IMG/VR virus record: IMGVR_UViG_3300045988_081733
Coordinates: 1 to 36,454 of that record
From: a virus
Reading direction: 5' to 3' (one strand)
DNA length: 36,454 nucleotides
This document shows, piece after piece, positions 1 to 7,721 of this stretch. How positions within the stretch are numbered: position 1 is the stretch's first letter; each line of letters begins with the position of its first letter. The position numbers and the translations under genes were made by a program. Under the pieces are notes generated by a model, which made no database searches, was not told the origin of the DNA, and saw nothing but the letters and a program-made list of their open reading frames with translations.

Positions 1-62
1 TACATTTTGTCAACAAAAAGATGACAAAATGTATTGACAATGCGGTGAAAACCTGATATAAT
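1..62 (+). promoter_or_regulatory. Early operator plus promoter cassette. A perfect 12-bp inverted repeat TACATTTTGTCA-N9-TGACAAAATGTA (1..33) directly abuts TTGACA (34..39), a 17-nt spacer and TATAAT (57..62).
   Basis: Read directly from the sequence. The -35 and -10 hexamers and the spacing all match the sigma-70 consensus. The same cassette recurs at 34844 and 36376. Confidence 0.8.
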
Positions 63-80
63 TATATACGTAAAAGAGAT

Positions 81-96
81 ATACCCCGCAGGGTAT
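81..96 (+). promoter_or_regulatory. Leader RNA hairpin ATACCC-CGCA-GGGTAT about 15-25 nt downstream of the predicted transcription start
   Basis: 6-bp stem with a 4-nt loop. It is conserved in the duplicated leader at 34924..34939 and shares the CCCCGCAG core with the intercistronic hairpins. Confidence 0.5.
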
Positions 97-143
97 TCAA
101 ACGAAGCTGTGACAGCGGCTAAACGGTCAGAAAGATAAATATC

Positions 144-416
144 ATGACTATCTATGTATTAAAGAATCGTATGAGAATTTTAGGTGGAAACGGCATGATC
201 GTAGGGTTTGAAACATACACTTTCGATTGCTACAAAGACAAGGCAAAAGCCGACAAAGAAGCGGATAGATGGAATGACGCATACGCACATTTTAGTCACC
301 ATGAAATGGCGGGGAGCGTTTACGTTGAAAAGCAGGAAATCACAACCATTGAAGAAAAGGAAGCCCTTAAAGCTGAATTACACGCCGGAAGAAAGGCGCT
401 TGAAATCGAAAAGTAA
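144..416 (+). CDS. Hypothetical early protein (90 aa)
   Basis: First ORF after the promoter. Its ATG lies at almost the same distance from the shared leader (CGGTCAGAAAG) as the ATG at 34988 in the other cassette copy. An alternative start at 195 has an AGGTGG RBS. Confidence 0.6.
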   Translation: MTIYVLKNRMRILGGNGMIVGFETYTFDCYKDKAKADKEADRWNDAYAHFSHHEMAGSVYVEKQEITTIEEKEALKAELHAGRKALEIEK

Positions 417-427
417 AAAAGACAAAC

Positions 428-448
428 GCGGGGGTACAAATCCCCCGC
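428..448 (+). promoter_or_regulatory. GC-rich intercistronic hairpin GCGGGGG-N7-CCCCCGC with no U-tract, directly upstream of RBS AGAGAGGGA
   Basis: Seen in the sequence. Paralogous elements occur at 35265..35286 and 35757..35777. Confidence 0.6.
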
Positions 449-463
449 AGAGAGGGACGGAAA

Positions 464-643
464 ATGAAAAAGTTTGTGTTTTGCGCTTTGGGCTTTCTGT
501 TTGTGCTTCTGATCTTCGCGCCGATATCTTTCGGGCTTGCGTGGGGCTTCAAGGCAATACCGATCACCATAATTCTTTACGCGATTGCATGGCGGGTGTT
601 CAAGATCATGACAAGTATATATCGCAAGACGGGCAATCCGTGA
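464..643 (+). CDS. Small membrane protein, 59 aa (MKKFVFCALGFLFVLLIFAPISFGLAWGFKAIPITIILYAIAWRVFKIMTSIYRKTGNP), with two predicted TM helices
   Basis: Translated by hand. Absent from the supplied ORF list, whose shortest entry is 60 aa. Strong RBS AGAGAGGGA 5-6 nt before the ATG, and a hydrophobic composition. Confidence 0.6.
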   Translation: MKKFVFCALGFLFVLLIFAPISFGLAWGFKAIPITIILYAIAWRVFKIMTSIYRKTGNP

Positions 644-709
644 GTTGTGAAACGGAATTCACATTACAAAAATATCACATTTCAAAATGTGGTTTTTATA
701 AGTTTTTCA

Positions 710-726
710 ATGTGTCAGAACGACAC
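710..726 (+). repeat. Copy 1 of the 17-nt motif ATGTGTCAGAACGA(A/C)AC
   Basis: 16/17 identical to the copies at 5643..5659 and 9044..9060. All three copies are intergenic. Confidence 0.7.
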
Positions 727-747
727 GATTTGAAAGGGGGTGAGACA

Positions 748-957
748 ATGGCGAAAAGACATAATTTGAAGATGTTCCGCGTTCAGCGCAAAATGACGCA
801 GGACGAAATGGCAAGCCGCTTGAAATACAGCCGCAGTCAATATGCGCTTGTAGAACGCGGCGAGAGGGACGGAACATTTGATTTTTGGGAAAACCTTCAG
901 CAGACGTTTGTTATCCCGTCTGCGGATATGTGGAACTTAATGCGAAAGGATGATTGA
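748..957 (+). CDS. XRE-family HTH protein, Cro-like (69 aa)
   Basis: RBS AAAGGGGG precedes the ATG at 748. The sequence MTQDEMASRLKYSRSQYALVERGER is a typical HTH_3 helix-turn-helix. It is the C-terminal part of the artefactual 208..957 ORF. Confidence 0.8.
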   Translation: MAKRHNLKMFRVQRKMTQDEMASRLKYSRSQYALVERGERDGTFDFWENLQQTFVIPSADMWNLMRKDD

Positions 958-1073
958 CGCATGAGAAACGGCAAGCGCAGAATCGCACATTTGATTGAAA
1001 GCGGCGATTTGCTGAATCGGCGAATCGTGCAAATAAAAAATTCAGAAAAAATCAAAAAAGGAGAAATCAACGA

Positions 1074-1331
1074 ATGAACAAAATTTTTGAAGCAATCGAA
1101 GAAAAACTTGTGTCGCAGGAAACAACAATTTCACTTCAGCGGTACGAAATCGCCGATCTGAAAGCGAAACTTGAAGAAGCTGAAACGCGAATCAAGGCAC
1201 TTTCGGCAAATGTCCCCGATGAAAACGCAAAAGTTTCAAGACGAAAGAAATCGGATTCAGTATCAAGCAACGAATCACCCGAATATTTTGATACGCTGAA
1301 AGAAATCATTGCAAAGGGGGAAACGAAATGA
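1074..1331 (+). CDS. Hypothetical coiled-coil protein (85 aa)
   Basis: RBS AAAGGAG. ATGA overlap with the downstream ssb gene. Confidence 0.7.
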   Translation: MNKIFEAIEEKLVSQETTISLQRYEIADLKAKLEEAETRIKALSANVPDENAKVSRRKKSDSVSSNESPEYFDTLKEIIAKGETK

Positions 1332-1729
1332 ATGTTATTTGTCTGAAGGGACGCTTCACAGCGAAACCCGAACTGAAGAAGACGAAAAGCGGGCTGTCTG
1401 CTGTCGGCTTCACAATGGCGGTTGATCGTGACTATAAATCGAAAGACGGTCAGAAGCTGACGGATTTCATCAATTGCATTGCGTACAGAGGAACAGCGGA
1501 ATTCATCTGCGGCTATTTCGACAAAGGCGATATGATTGCGATTGTCGGCGAGTTAAACAGCAGGGTTCGCGAAGACCGCAACGGGAACAAATTCACCGTT
1601 CATGAAGTCATCGTCAGCAAAGCGGAATTCTGCGGCAGTAAAAAGAAAGAAGCAAGCACGGACAACGCGCCGTCTGATGATTCACCAAAATTCACCGATC
1701 TTGAAGACGGTGACGATTTACCATTTTGA
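1328..1729 (+). CDS. ssb: Single-stranded DNA-binding protein
   Basis: OB-fold-like N-terminus (GRFTAKPELKKT...) and an acidic C-terminal tail ending DGDDLPF, the canonical SSB tip. Confidence 0.85.
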   Translation: MNVICLKGRFTAKPELKKTKSGLSAVGFTMAVDRDYKSKDGQKLTDFINCIAYRGTAEFICGYFDKGDMIAIVGELNSRVREDRNGNKFTVHEVIVSKAEFCGSKKKEASTDNAPSDDSPKFTDLEDGDDLPF

Positions 1730-1745
1730 AAAGGAGAATGAAAGC

Positions 1746-2363
1746 ATGAAAAACGGACTGAACCCGCGTCAATGGACGCTGTACAACCTTCTGAAAAACA
1801 ACCCCGATCACAAATTCAAGCAGTCTGAAATTGCGGCAATCCTGCCCGATCTGTACGACTATGACAAAGACCGTAAAAAGGGCATATCTTTTCACGATTC
1901 TGCGGCGCGGCTTCTTATCACGAAAGACATTCAGATTATCAATCGAAGTACTGTCATTCAGAAAATCATCATCAGCGACAACAGCGGCGTGAAGCTGGCA
2001 AGCAAAGAAGAATTTGAAACATACATAAACCGTCAGTTTGCGTCTATATTTCGCAGACTTGAACGGACACGAATCAAAGCGAGAAAAGGCGGTCTTGACG
2101 GTCAGTATCGCTTCACGTTCGATTCAGAGCGCGAGACGATCGAAGCGTTCACGGCAAACATCAGCAGACTGAAAGCGGCGAGAAAAGCGAAGAACATGAA
2201 GCTGGCAGAAGTCACAGCCGCGCTTCGGAGCATGGGCGAAGATAATCTTGACGTTTCACTGTTGTCGAAGATGGAAAACGGCTATTGTATGCCGACAGAA
2301 ACACAGGTGCGTTTATTGGCGCGTATTTACGCCGTAGAGCCGTGGAAGCTGTGCAAGGTATAA
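1746..2363 (+). CDS. Hypothetical DNA-binding protein with a C-terminal XRE-like HTH
   Basis: RBS AAGGAG 9 nt upstream of the ATG at 1746. The C-terminus KLAEVTAALRSMG...LSKMENGYCMPTETQVRLLARIY looks like an HTH. Confidence 0.6.
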   Translation: MKNGLNPRQWTLYNLLKNNPDHKFKQSEIAAILPDLYDYDKDRKKGISFHDSAARLLITKDIQIINRSTVIQKIIISDNSGVKLASKEEFETYINRQFASIFRRLERTRIKARKGGLDGQYRFTFDSERETIEAFTANISRLKAARKAKNMKLAEVTAALRSMGEDNLDVSLLSKMENGYCMPTETQVRLLARIYAVEPWKLCKV

Positions 2364-2548
2364 ACAGACGGGCGAAGCGCGAAACGCTGTAAAAACCACT
2401 TTGCAAACGCGCACAGCGTGTCACAACGCCACATATCAAGAAAGAATATCAAAAAATCAGCAACAAACATGATTGACCCGTCACAGCTTTGCTTCTTCTT
2501 GGCGAGAGAGGGAGCAGAGCAGGACGGAAGAACGAAAGGAAAGCAAGA

Positions 2549-2887
2549 ATGAAAATCATATGCAAAGAGTGCATTCACGCAAAAGTTTGCGAAACGCGGA
2601 AAACGTTTCTGTCGAACAAATTCACGGAAGAAGAATTGAATCGGGCGCAAGAATCGCTTCACTGCGCCAATTATCAGAATAACAGAAATGTTCTGATTAT
2701 CAGGCGTAACGAAAACACTGCGCCGCCGTCCCCGTGTGACGCTTGCAAATCGACAAAAAACAAAAACGCTTGTATGTGTCGCGGTTGGGAAATATGGTTC
2801 GGGGAGCAGTGGCGCGAGATCAGAAGAATGTTCGGCTATACTGTACCCGATGAAGATGAAATCGACAAGGAAGGTGAAAGAATATGA
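2549..2887 (+). CDS. Cysteine-rich hypothetical protein (112 aa)
   Basis: RBS AAAGGAAAG. CxxC-type motifs (CKECIHAKVC; CDACKS). ATGA overlap with the next gene. Confidence 0.6.
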   Translation: MKIICKECIHAKVCETRKTFLSNKFTEEELNRAQESLHCANYQNNRNVLIIRRNENTAPPSPCDACKSTKNKNACMCRGWEIWFGEQWREIRRMFGYTVPDEDEIDKEGERI

Positions 2888-3300
2888 CAGAAGTTTTCTG
2901 CGACAATTACGATTGCGCATACTGCGACATTAATCGCGATCATTGCACACTTGGCATGATATTTATTGACGGGTGCGGGGATTGCGCAAGCTATGAAGAA
3001 TATCAAGACAATTCGCCAAAATTTGAATTTTGGAGATGTTGTATCGATCGAAAGACGAATGAAAAATATCGCAAGAAATGCTTCGGACGAAAAATTGAAA
3101 TTGACGGGCTGACTTTTTACACAGAAGTCAATGAAAGATACACCGAAGATTTAACGAACATCACGGAAGAAAAAACGGGGCTTCTTTGCAACAGCATAAC
3201 ATATGCAAGAGAAAATATCGAAAAAATCAAACATTACATTTCGGAACTGCCGAATGTGCTTGAATTGCCGATCAGAGAGGAGAACAAAAACGATGTCTGA
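2884..3300 (+). CDS. Cysteine-rich hypothetical protein (138 aa)
   Basis: Translationally coupled to the upstream gene. The N-terminus has many Cys residues (CDNYDCAYCD...CTLG...CGDC). Confidence 0.6.
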   Translation: MTEVFCDNYDCAYCDINRDHCTLGMIFIDGCGDCASYEEYQDNSPKFEFWRCCIDRKTNEKYRKKCFGRKIEIDGLTFYTEVNERYTEDLTNITEEKTGLLCNSITYARENIEKIKHYISELPNVLELPIREENKNDV

Positions 3301-3493
3301 AGCGAGATATTGCGCAACGTGCGGAAAAGAAATCGAAAAAAGTTATATCAAGGTTTTAGACAATTATCTGCAAGTCAAGTATTTTGATTCCGATGAAATC
3401 AATTGCTTTTGTTGCAATGAATGCTTGTGCAAATTCATTAGCGCGAAAGAAATTTATCTTGACGAAGAAGAAAGCAAGAGGGACGAAGAATGA
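3293..3493 (+). CDS. Zinc-ribbon-like small protein (66 aa)
   Basis: RBS GAGGAG. CATCGK...CFCCNECLC motifs. Confidence 0.6.
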   Translation: MSEARYCATCGKEIEKSYIKVLDNYLQVKYFDSDEINCFCCNECLCKFISAKEIYLDEEESKRDEE

Positions 3494-3810
3494 CTGATAT
3501 CGAAAAAGAAGTGTTCAAATGCTTCTGTCGCTTATATCTTGATGTTATGAATTATAACACAAAATTATTTCCGTCAACCGTCATCGCGACAATCTTTGAA
3601 ATATCACTGTACAAGGCGCGGAAAATTATCAAAACGCTTGTGAACGAAGGATTGCTTCAGAGCGGCTGTGATTCATGGTATGACGATTATTGCGAACAGC
3701 AAATTATTGCGAGAGGGTACACAATAACCGAAAAAGCAAAGCAGACAGACATTTTCAAAGAAGCTGAAGAAGCTGAAGAGAAATTGAGAAAAGAAATATG
3801 GGGGTTCTGA
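3490..3810 (+). CDS. Hypothetical protein, possibly winged-helix (106 aa)
   Basis: ATGA overlap with the upstream gene and compact operon packing. Confidence 0.6.
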   Translation: MTDIEKEVFKCFCRLYLDVMNYNTKLFPSTVIATIFEISLYKARKIIKTLVNEGLLQSGCDSWYDDYCEQQIIARGYTITEKAKQTDIFKEAEEAEEKLRKEIWGF

Positions 3811-4185
3811 ATGAATAACACTTGTGTTATGTGCGGGAAAATCATTCCTGAAGGGTTGCAAGTCTGCCCGATGTGCGCCGCTGTCGCAAGAAATGAATCA
3901 TATAACCGTTTAACGATTGCGATCAGAGCATTCACAGAAGCGTGTCACGCGATCGGGCTTGATTCCGCTTTACCGAAAAAGCGGGGAGGACAGTTGTATT
4001 ATACAGCATATCGAAATTACTTTCAGACGAATGTCGATGATGAAAAATGGCAGTTGCTTGAACGTCAGGGATATGCGAAACACGGCGAAGTCAGCGAAAG
4101 CGGAATGACATATTATCACATGACAAGACGCGGTCTTGACTTTATGGAAAGCATCTTAGGGATAAAAATTGAAGAATTGGAGTGA
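3811..4185 (+). CDS. Hypothetical protein with an N-terminal zinc ribbon (CVMCGK...CPMC)
   Basis: The ORF abuts the upstream stop codon. CxxC-N12-CxxC motif. Confidence 0.6.
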   Translation: MNNTCVMCGKIIPEGLQVCPMCAAVARNESYNRLTIAIRAFTEACHAIGLDSALPKKRGGQLYYTAYRNYFQTNVDDEKWQLLERQGYAKHGEVSESGMTYYHMTRRGLDFMESILGIKIEELE

Positions 4186-5048
4186 TGACAATGGCTGAAG
4201 TGAAATGGATAAAGATCGTGACGGACATATTTGACGATGAAAAAACGCTTTTAATCGAAAGTATGCCCGAATCAGACAGCATAATTGTGATATGGTTCAA
4301 GCTGTTGTGTATGGCGGGGAAGATGAATAATAACGGCGTTTTCGTCATGAACAACCGCATTCCGTATACAGATGAAATGCTTGCAACGGTTTTCAGAAGA
4401 CCGCTGAACACTGTTCGTCTTGCATTAGCAACGTTTGAACAGTACGGCATGATTAAGATTGTCGATAACGTTGTTACAATTCCGAATTGGGAAAAACATC
4501 AAAACATTGACGGGCTTGAAAAAATGCGGGAGCAGAACCGCAAACGGGTTGCGGCATACCGTGAAAAACAAAAACTTCTTGCCGCAAAACAGAATGAAGA
4601 AAGCGGGAAAAATCAATGTAACGTTACTGTACAAAAAAGTAACGCAATAGATAAGAATAAGAATAGAATAAGAGAAGATAAGAATATATATACACAAATC
4701 AAAGATTTGTATAACGAAACTTGCGTTTCGTTCCCACGTCTGACTGTTCTTTCAGACAAAAGAAAACAGGCAATAAAAGCGCGGTTGAACGTTTACACTG
4801 TCGATCAGATGAAAGCCGTTTTTGAAAAGGCTGAAGCAAGCACGTTTCTGAAGGGCGGTAATAATAGAAATTGGTCTGCAAATTTCGATTGGCTTCTGAA
4901 AGACAGCAATTTCGCGAAGGTGCTTGACGGGAATTATGACGATAAATTCAGCACATACAGCGGATATCAGAAGCCCGTGGAGCAGAGCAACAATATTTTC
5001 GCTGATATGTTGCGAGAGGGAGAGGGCGAACCGAATGAACGTTACTGA
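4182..5048 (+). CDS. Phage replisome organizer (DnaD / SPP1 G38P-like N-terminal domain)
   Basis: The N-terminus VKWIKIVTDIFDDEKTLLIESMPESDSIIVIWFKLLCMAGKMNNNGVF is typical of Phage_rep_org_N. The likely true start is the ATG at 4191, with RBS TTGGAG. Confidence 0.75.
   Translation: MMTMAEVKWIKIVTDIFDDEKTLLIESMPESDSIIVIWFKLLCMAGKMNNNGVFVMNNRIPYTDEMLATVFRRPLNTVRLALATFEQYGMIKIVDNVVTIPNWEKHQNIDGLEKMREQNRKRVAAYREKQKLLAAKQNEESGKNQCNVTVQKSNAIDKNKNRIREDKNIYTQIKDLYNETCVSFPRLTVLSDKRKQAIKARLNVYTVDQMKAVFEKAEASTFLKGGNNRNWSANFDWLLKDSNFAKVLDGNYDDKFSTYSGYQKPVEQSNNIFADMLREGEGEPNERY
4649..4693. repeat. AT-rich AAGAAT iteron cluster inside the organizer gene, a candidate replication origin
   Basis: AGATAAGAATAAGAATAGAATAAGAGAAGATAAGAATATATATAC, preceded by the palindrome GTAACGTTAC. 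Calling it an origin is inference. Confidence 0.4.
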
Positions 5049-5643
5049 GACAAAACAAATGCTTGCACTGCTGAAAACCGCATACCCGAATTTTTACAGC
5101 AAGATGACGCGAACGGAAGCTGAAGCGGTTGTCACGCTTTGGGCAGAGATGTTCGCCGAAGATGATGTCAATATCGTCAAATATGCGATGAAAGAACTGA
5201 TTGCGACACATTCGGGATTCCCGCCTGATATAGCCGCGATCAAGTCAAAAATGCGCGAATGCGTGTCTGTCGCTGTAAATGAACCAACGACAGAAGAACT
5301 GTGGCAGAAGCTGAAGAAAGCCGCTTCAAACGGATTCTACGGCGCGAAAGAAGAATTTGACCGTCTGCCGCCGATTCTTCAAAGATATGTCGGAAGCCCG
5401 AACGGATTGACTGATCTTGCGAAAATCGACAGCGACACTTTCAACACGGTAACGCGCGGGCAGTTTTACAAGCAGATCGAAATTGTCAAGGAGCGCGAGA
5501 GATACAGCGCGAAAATGCCCGATGAAATCAAAATGCTGATATCATCGTTACATAACAGCTTGACCGAACACAAGACACTGACAATCACCGAAGAGAACGA
5601 CAGAAGAAACAACCTTCTGAACCTTCTTGAAAGCGGCGGTTGA
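5035..5643 (+). CDS. Helicase-loader-like protein (SPP1 G39P family-like)
   Basis: LLKTAYPNFY...EAVVTLWAEMFAEDDVNIV...FPPDIAAIK resembles the G39P loader family. It sits directly after the replisome organizer. RBS AGAGGG. Confidence 0.55.
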   Translation: MNVTETKQMLALLKTAYPNFYSKMTRTEAEAVVTLWAEMFAEDDVNIVKYAMKELIATHSGFPPDIAAIKSKMRECVSVAVNEPTTEELWQKLKKAASNGFYGAKEEFDRLPPILQRYVGSPNGLTDLAKIDSDTFNTVTRGQFYKQIEIVKERERYSAKMPDEIKMLISSLHNSLTEHKTLTITEENDRRNNLLNLLESGG

Positions 5644-5659
5644 TGTGTCAGAACGAAAC
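5643..5659 (+). repeat. Copy 2 of the 17-nt motif ATGTGTCAGAACGAAAC
   Basis: Identical to the copy at 9044..9060. It begins at the last base of the stop codon of 5035..5643. Confidence 0.7.
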
Positions 5660-5690
5660 AAAATCAAAAGAAATGCGAGACTGAAAGAAA

Positions 5691-6011
5691 ATGAGTATTA
5701 ACGAAATAGCAAAAGAGATACACGAAAACGCGCGTCTTCATGGATGGTGGGATGATGAAAGGGCATTCGGCGAAATTATCGCGCTTTGTCATTCGGAGTT
5801 ATCCGAAGCCCTTGAAGCATATCGAGAGGGACAGCCGCCCGAATGGGACAATCACGGAAAGCCGGACGGAATCGCGGTCGAAATGATTGATTGCGTGATA
5901 CGAATATTTGATTATCTTGCGAAAGAGGGAATCGACATTGAAAGAATCATGCTTGAAAAACACGAATACAACAAGACAAGACCATACAAGCACGGCGGTA
6001 AACGAATATAA
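5691..6011 (+). CDS. mazG: MazG-like nucleoside triphosphate pyrophosphohydrolase
   Basis: HSELSEALEAYREG plus the later acidic helix EMIDCVIRIFDY match the all-alpha NTP-PPase (phage MazG) pattern. Confidence 0.75.
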   Translation: MSINEIAKEIHENARLHGWWDDERAFGEIIALCHSELSEALEAYREGQPPEWDNHGKPDGIAVEMIDCVIRIFDYLAKEGIDIERIMLEKHEYNKTRPYKHGGKRI

Positions 6012-6384
6012 TTATTTCGCGATTTTCGCGCAGTTGCCGTCACTGAATGAATATACTGCGGCTTGTCGTTCGCACTGGAGCAAAGGCGCGGAATTCAAGA
6101 AATCAATTGAAAGTCTGATCGGCTTCAGCATTCGCCAATCAGTGAACAAAGGAACACTGAAGCCGATTGACACGCCGTGTGAAGTACATATCTTTTGGCA
6201 CGAAGCAACGAAACGCCGAGACTGCGACAACATTCAGAGTGCACAGAAATTTATTCTTGACGCGCTTCAGCACTTCGGAATCATAAAGAACGACAGCAGA
6301 AAATATGTGAAGCAGATCAGACACGAAATTGTTGACGATAAAAAAGATTTCGTCATTGTCGAATTGAAAGAGGTGAAATCATGA
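5938..6384 (+). CDS. rusA: RusA-family Holliday junction resolvase
   Basis: LPSLNEY...RSHW...RRDCDNIQSAQKFILDAL...GIIKNDS matches the RusA motifs. There is no in-frame ATG. The proposed start is the TTG at 5938, 7 nt after AGAGGGA, which overlaps mazG by 74 nt. The start codon is uncertain. Confidence 0.65.
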   Translation: MKESCLKNTNTTRQDHTSTAVNEYNYFAIFAQLPSLNEYTAACRSHWSKGAEFKKSIESLIGFSIRQSVNKGTLKPIDTPCEVHIFWHEATKRRDCDNIQSAQKFILDALQHFGIIKNDSRKYVKQIRHEIVDDKKDFVIVELKEVKS

Positions 6385-7415
6385 AACACACAAAATCTGA
6401 TTTGCTACAAATGCAATCTTTGCCGTTAAGCGCAAAAGTGATAATGACAAAACGGCGTATAAAAGATTGGTATGACTATTGGGACGGTCAAGTGTACGTT
6501 TCTTTTTCAGGCGGCAAAGACAGCACGGTTCTTTTACACATTGCCCGTGAAGTATATTCGGATATTGAAGCTGTATTTGTAAACACGGGGCTTGAATATC
6601 CCGAAATACAGTCATTTGTCAAAACGTTTGACAACGTGACAATTTTGCGTCCGAAAATGCGTTTCGATGAAGTAATAAAAAAATTCGGATATCCAATGAT
6701 AAGCAAGGCGGTCGCGAATTGCATTGTCGGAGCAAAGAGAAATCCCAACGGGGTAAAATATCAACAGCTATGCGGCGAATATGTTACCAACGGCAAATTG
6801 TCGATGTTCAATTATGGCAAATATAAACCTTTGCTTGATACTGATTTCAATATCACGGACGAATGCTGTAAAATCATGAAAAAAACACCGATGAAAGCAT
6901 TTCACAAGCAAATCGGGAAATATCCCATAATTGCAACAATGGCTGACGAAGGCGAACAACGTAAAATGTCATGGTTTCGCGGCGGCTGTAATTCTTTCGA
7001 TTCAAAAAATCCGCGATCAGCACCAATGTCATTTTGGACGGAACAAGACATATTGAAATACATAAAAGAAAACGAAATTCCGATTGCGTCCGTTTATGGC
7101 GATGTGGTTTATAAAGATAATCCCGATCAGATAAAAATAGATGATTTCGGGATTGACAGCGGCGCACAGTATCAAACAACGGGTTGCAATCGAACTGGCT
7201 GTATTTTTTGCGGCTTCGGATGTCATCTTGAAAAAGAGCCGTCCCGCTTCCAACGGCTGAAGAAAACACACCCGCGACAATACGATTATTGTCTGAACGG
7301 CGGTGAATACGATGAAAACGGCGTTTGGAAGCCGAACAAAGCAGGGCTTGGAATGCGTCACGTTTTCGATGAACTGAATAAAATTTACGGCGAAGATTTT
7401 ATCAAATACAAATAA
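6381..7415 (+). CDS. PAPS-reductase-family PP-loop protein (DndC / IbrA-like) with a C-terminal Cys cluster
   Basis: SFSGGKDS PP-loop near the N-terminus. C-terminal TGCNRTGCIFCGFGCH cluster. ATGA overlap with rusA. Confidence 0.75.
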   Translation: MKHTKSDLLQMQSLPLSAKVIMTKRRIKDWYDYWDGQVYVSFSGGKDSTVLLHIAREVYSDIEAVFVNTGLEYPEIQSFVKTFDNVTILRPKMRFDEVIKKFGYPMISKAVANCIVGAKRNPNGVKYQQLCGEYVTNGKLSMFNYGKYKPLLDTDFNITDECCKIMKKTPMKAFHKQIGKYPIIATMADEGEQRKMSWFRGGCNSFDSKNPRSAPMSFWTEQDILKYIKENEIPIASVYGDVVYKDNPDQIKIDDFGIDSGAQYQTTGCNRTGCIFCGFGCHLEKEPSRFQRLKKTHPRQYDYCLNGGEYDENGVWKPNKAGLGMRHVFDELNKIYGEDFIKYK

Positions 7416-7425
7416 GGGGTAAAAA

Positions 7426-7707
7426 ATGAAAGCGAAAGACTACGTTGAAAAATACAAAGTGGAAATGTTTAGCGACAACGCAGAAAGGGTGACAAAAGCG
7501 GCAAGTGAATTGATATTCGATCTTTTGAAAGAAGTCAAAACAATAATGTCAATTCGTAACGCGAAATCAAACGCCGCTTTGTTTTCAGTACTCAAAGAAG
7601 TAAATCAGAAATATAATGCGATTTGCAAAACGTTTCCGATGTTAAAACGTGACGGCTTCAAAGCGGTTGTCAACGATTTATTCCCGTTAATAAGGGGCGA
7701 ATGGTGA
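7426..7707 (+). CDS. Hypothetical protein (93 aa)
   Basis: RBS AAGGGG and compact packing. Confidence 0.6.
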   Translation: MKAKDYVEKYKVEMFSDNAERVTKAASELIFDLLKEVKTIMSIRNAKSNAALFSVLKEVNQKYNAICKTFPMLKRDGFKAVVNDLFPLIRGEW

Positions 7708-7721
7708 AAGGAAAAACAACA

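Noticed and set aside
208-957. 249-aa ORF spanning the early region
   Set aside because: This is a read-through artefact. Only its last 69 codons (748..957) have an RBS and an HTH fold. The upstream part overlaps the better-supported 144..416 and 464..643 ORFs in other frames, crosses a GC hairpin, and has an arbitrary basic, low-complexity composition.
961-1075. 38-aa ORF (MRNGKRRIAHLIESGDLL...) between the Cro-like gene and 1074..1331
   Set aside because: It has only a marginal RBS and is very basic and short. Its end coincides with the strong RBS and start of the next gene. I cannot support it without expression data.
2327-2920. 197-aa minus-strand ORF
   Set aside because: It overlaps the RBS-supported + strand genes 2549..2887 and 1746..2363 and has no recognisable motifs or start context. 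The 185-bp gap at 2364..2548 shows only a weak hairpin (ACGCTGT-N22-ACAGCGT) with no U-tract, so I make no call there.
5643-5684. Mini-ORFs starting MCQN(E/D)T at each copy of the 17-nt motif, considered as possible leader peptides
   Set aside because: None has a Shine-Dalgarno sequence. Their lengths (7-14 codons) and sequences diverge immediately after the motif. The conservation is more parsimoniously at the DNA or RNA level.
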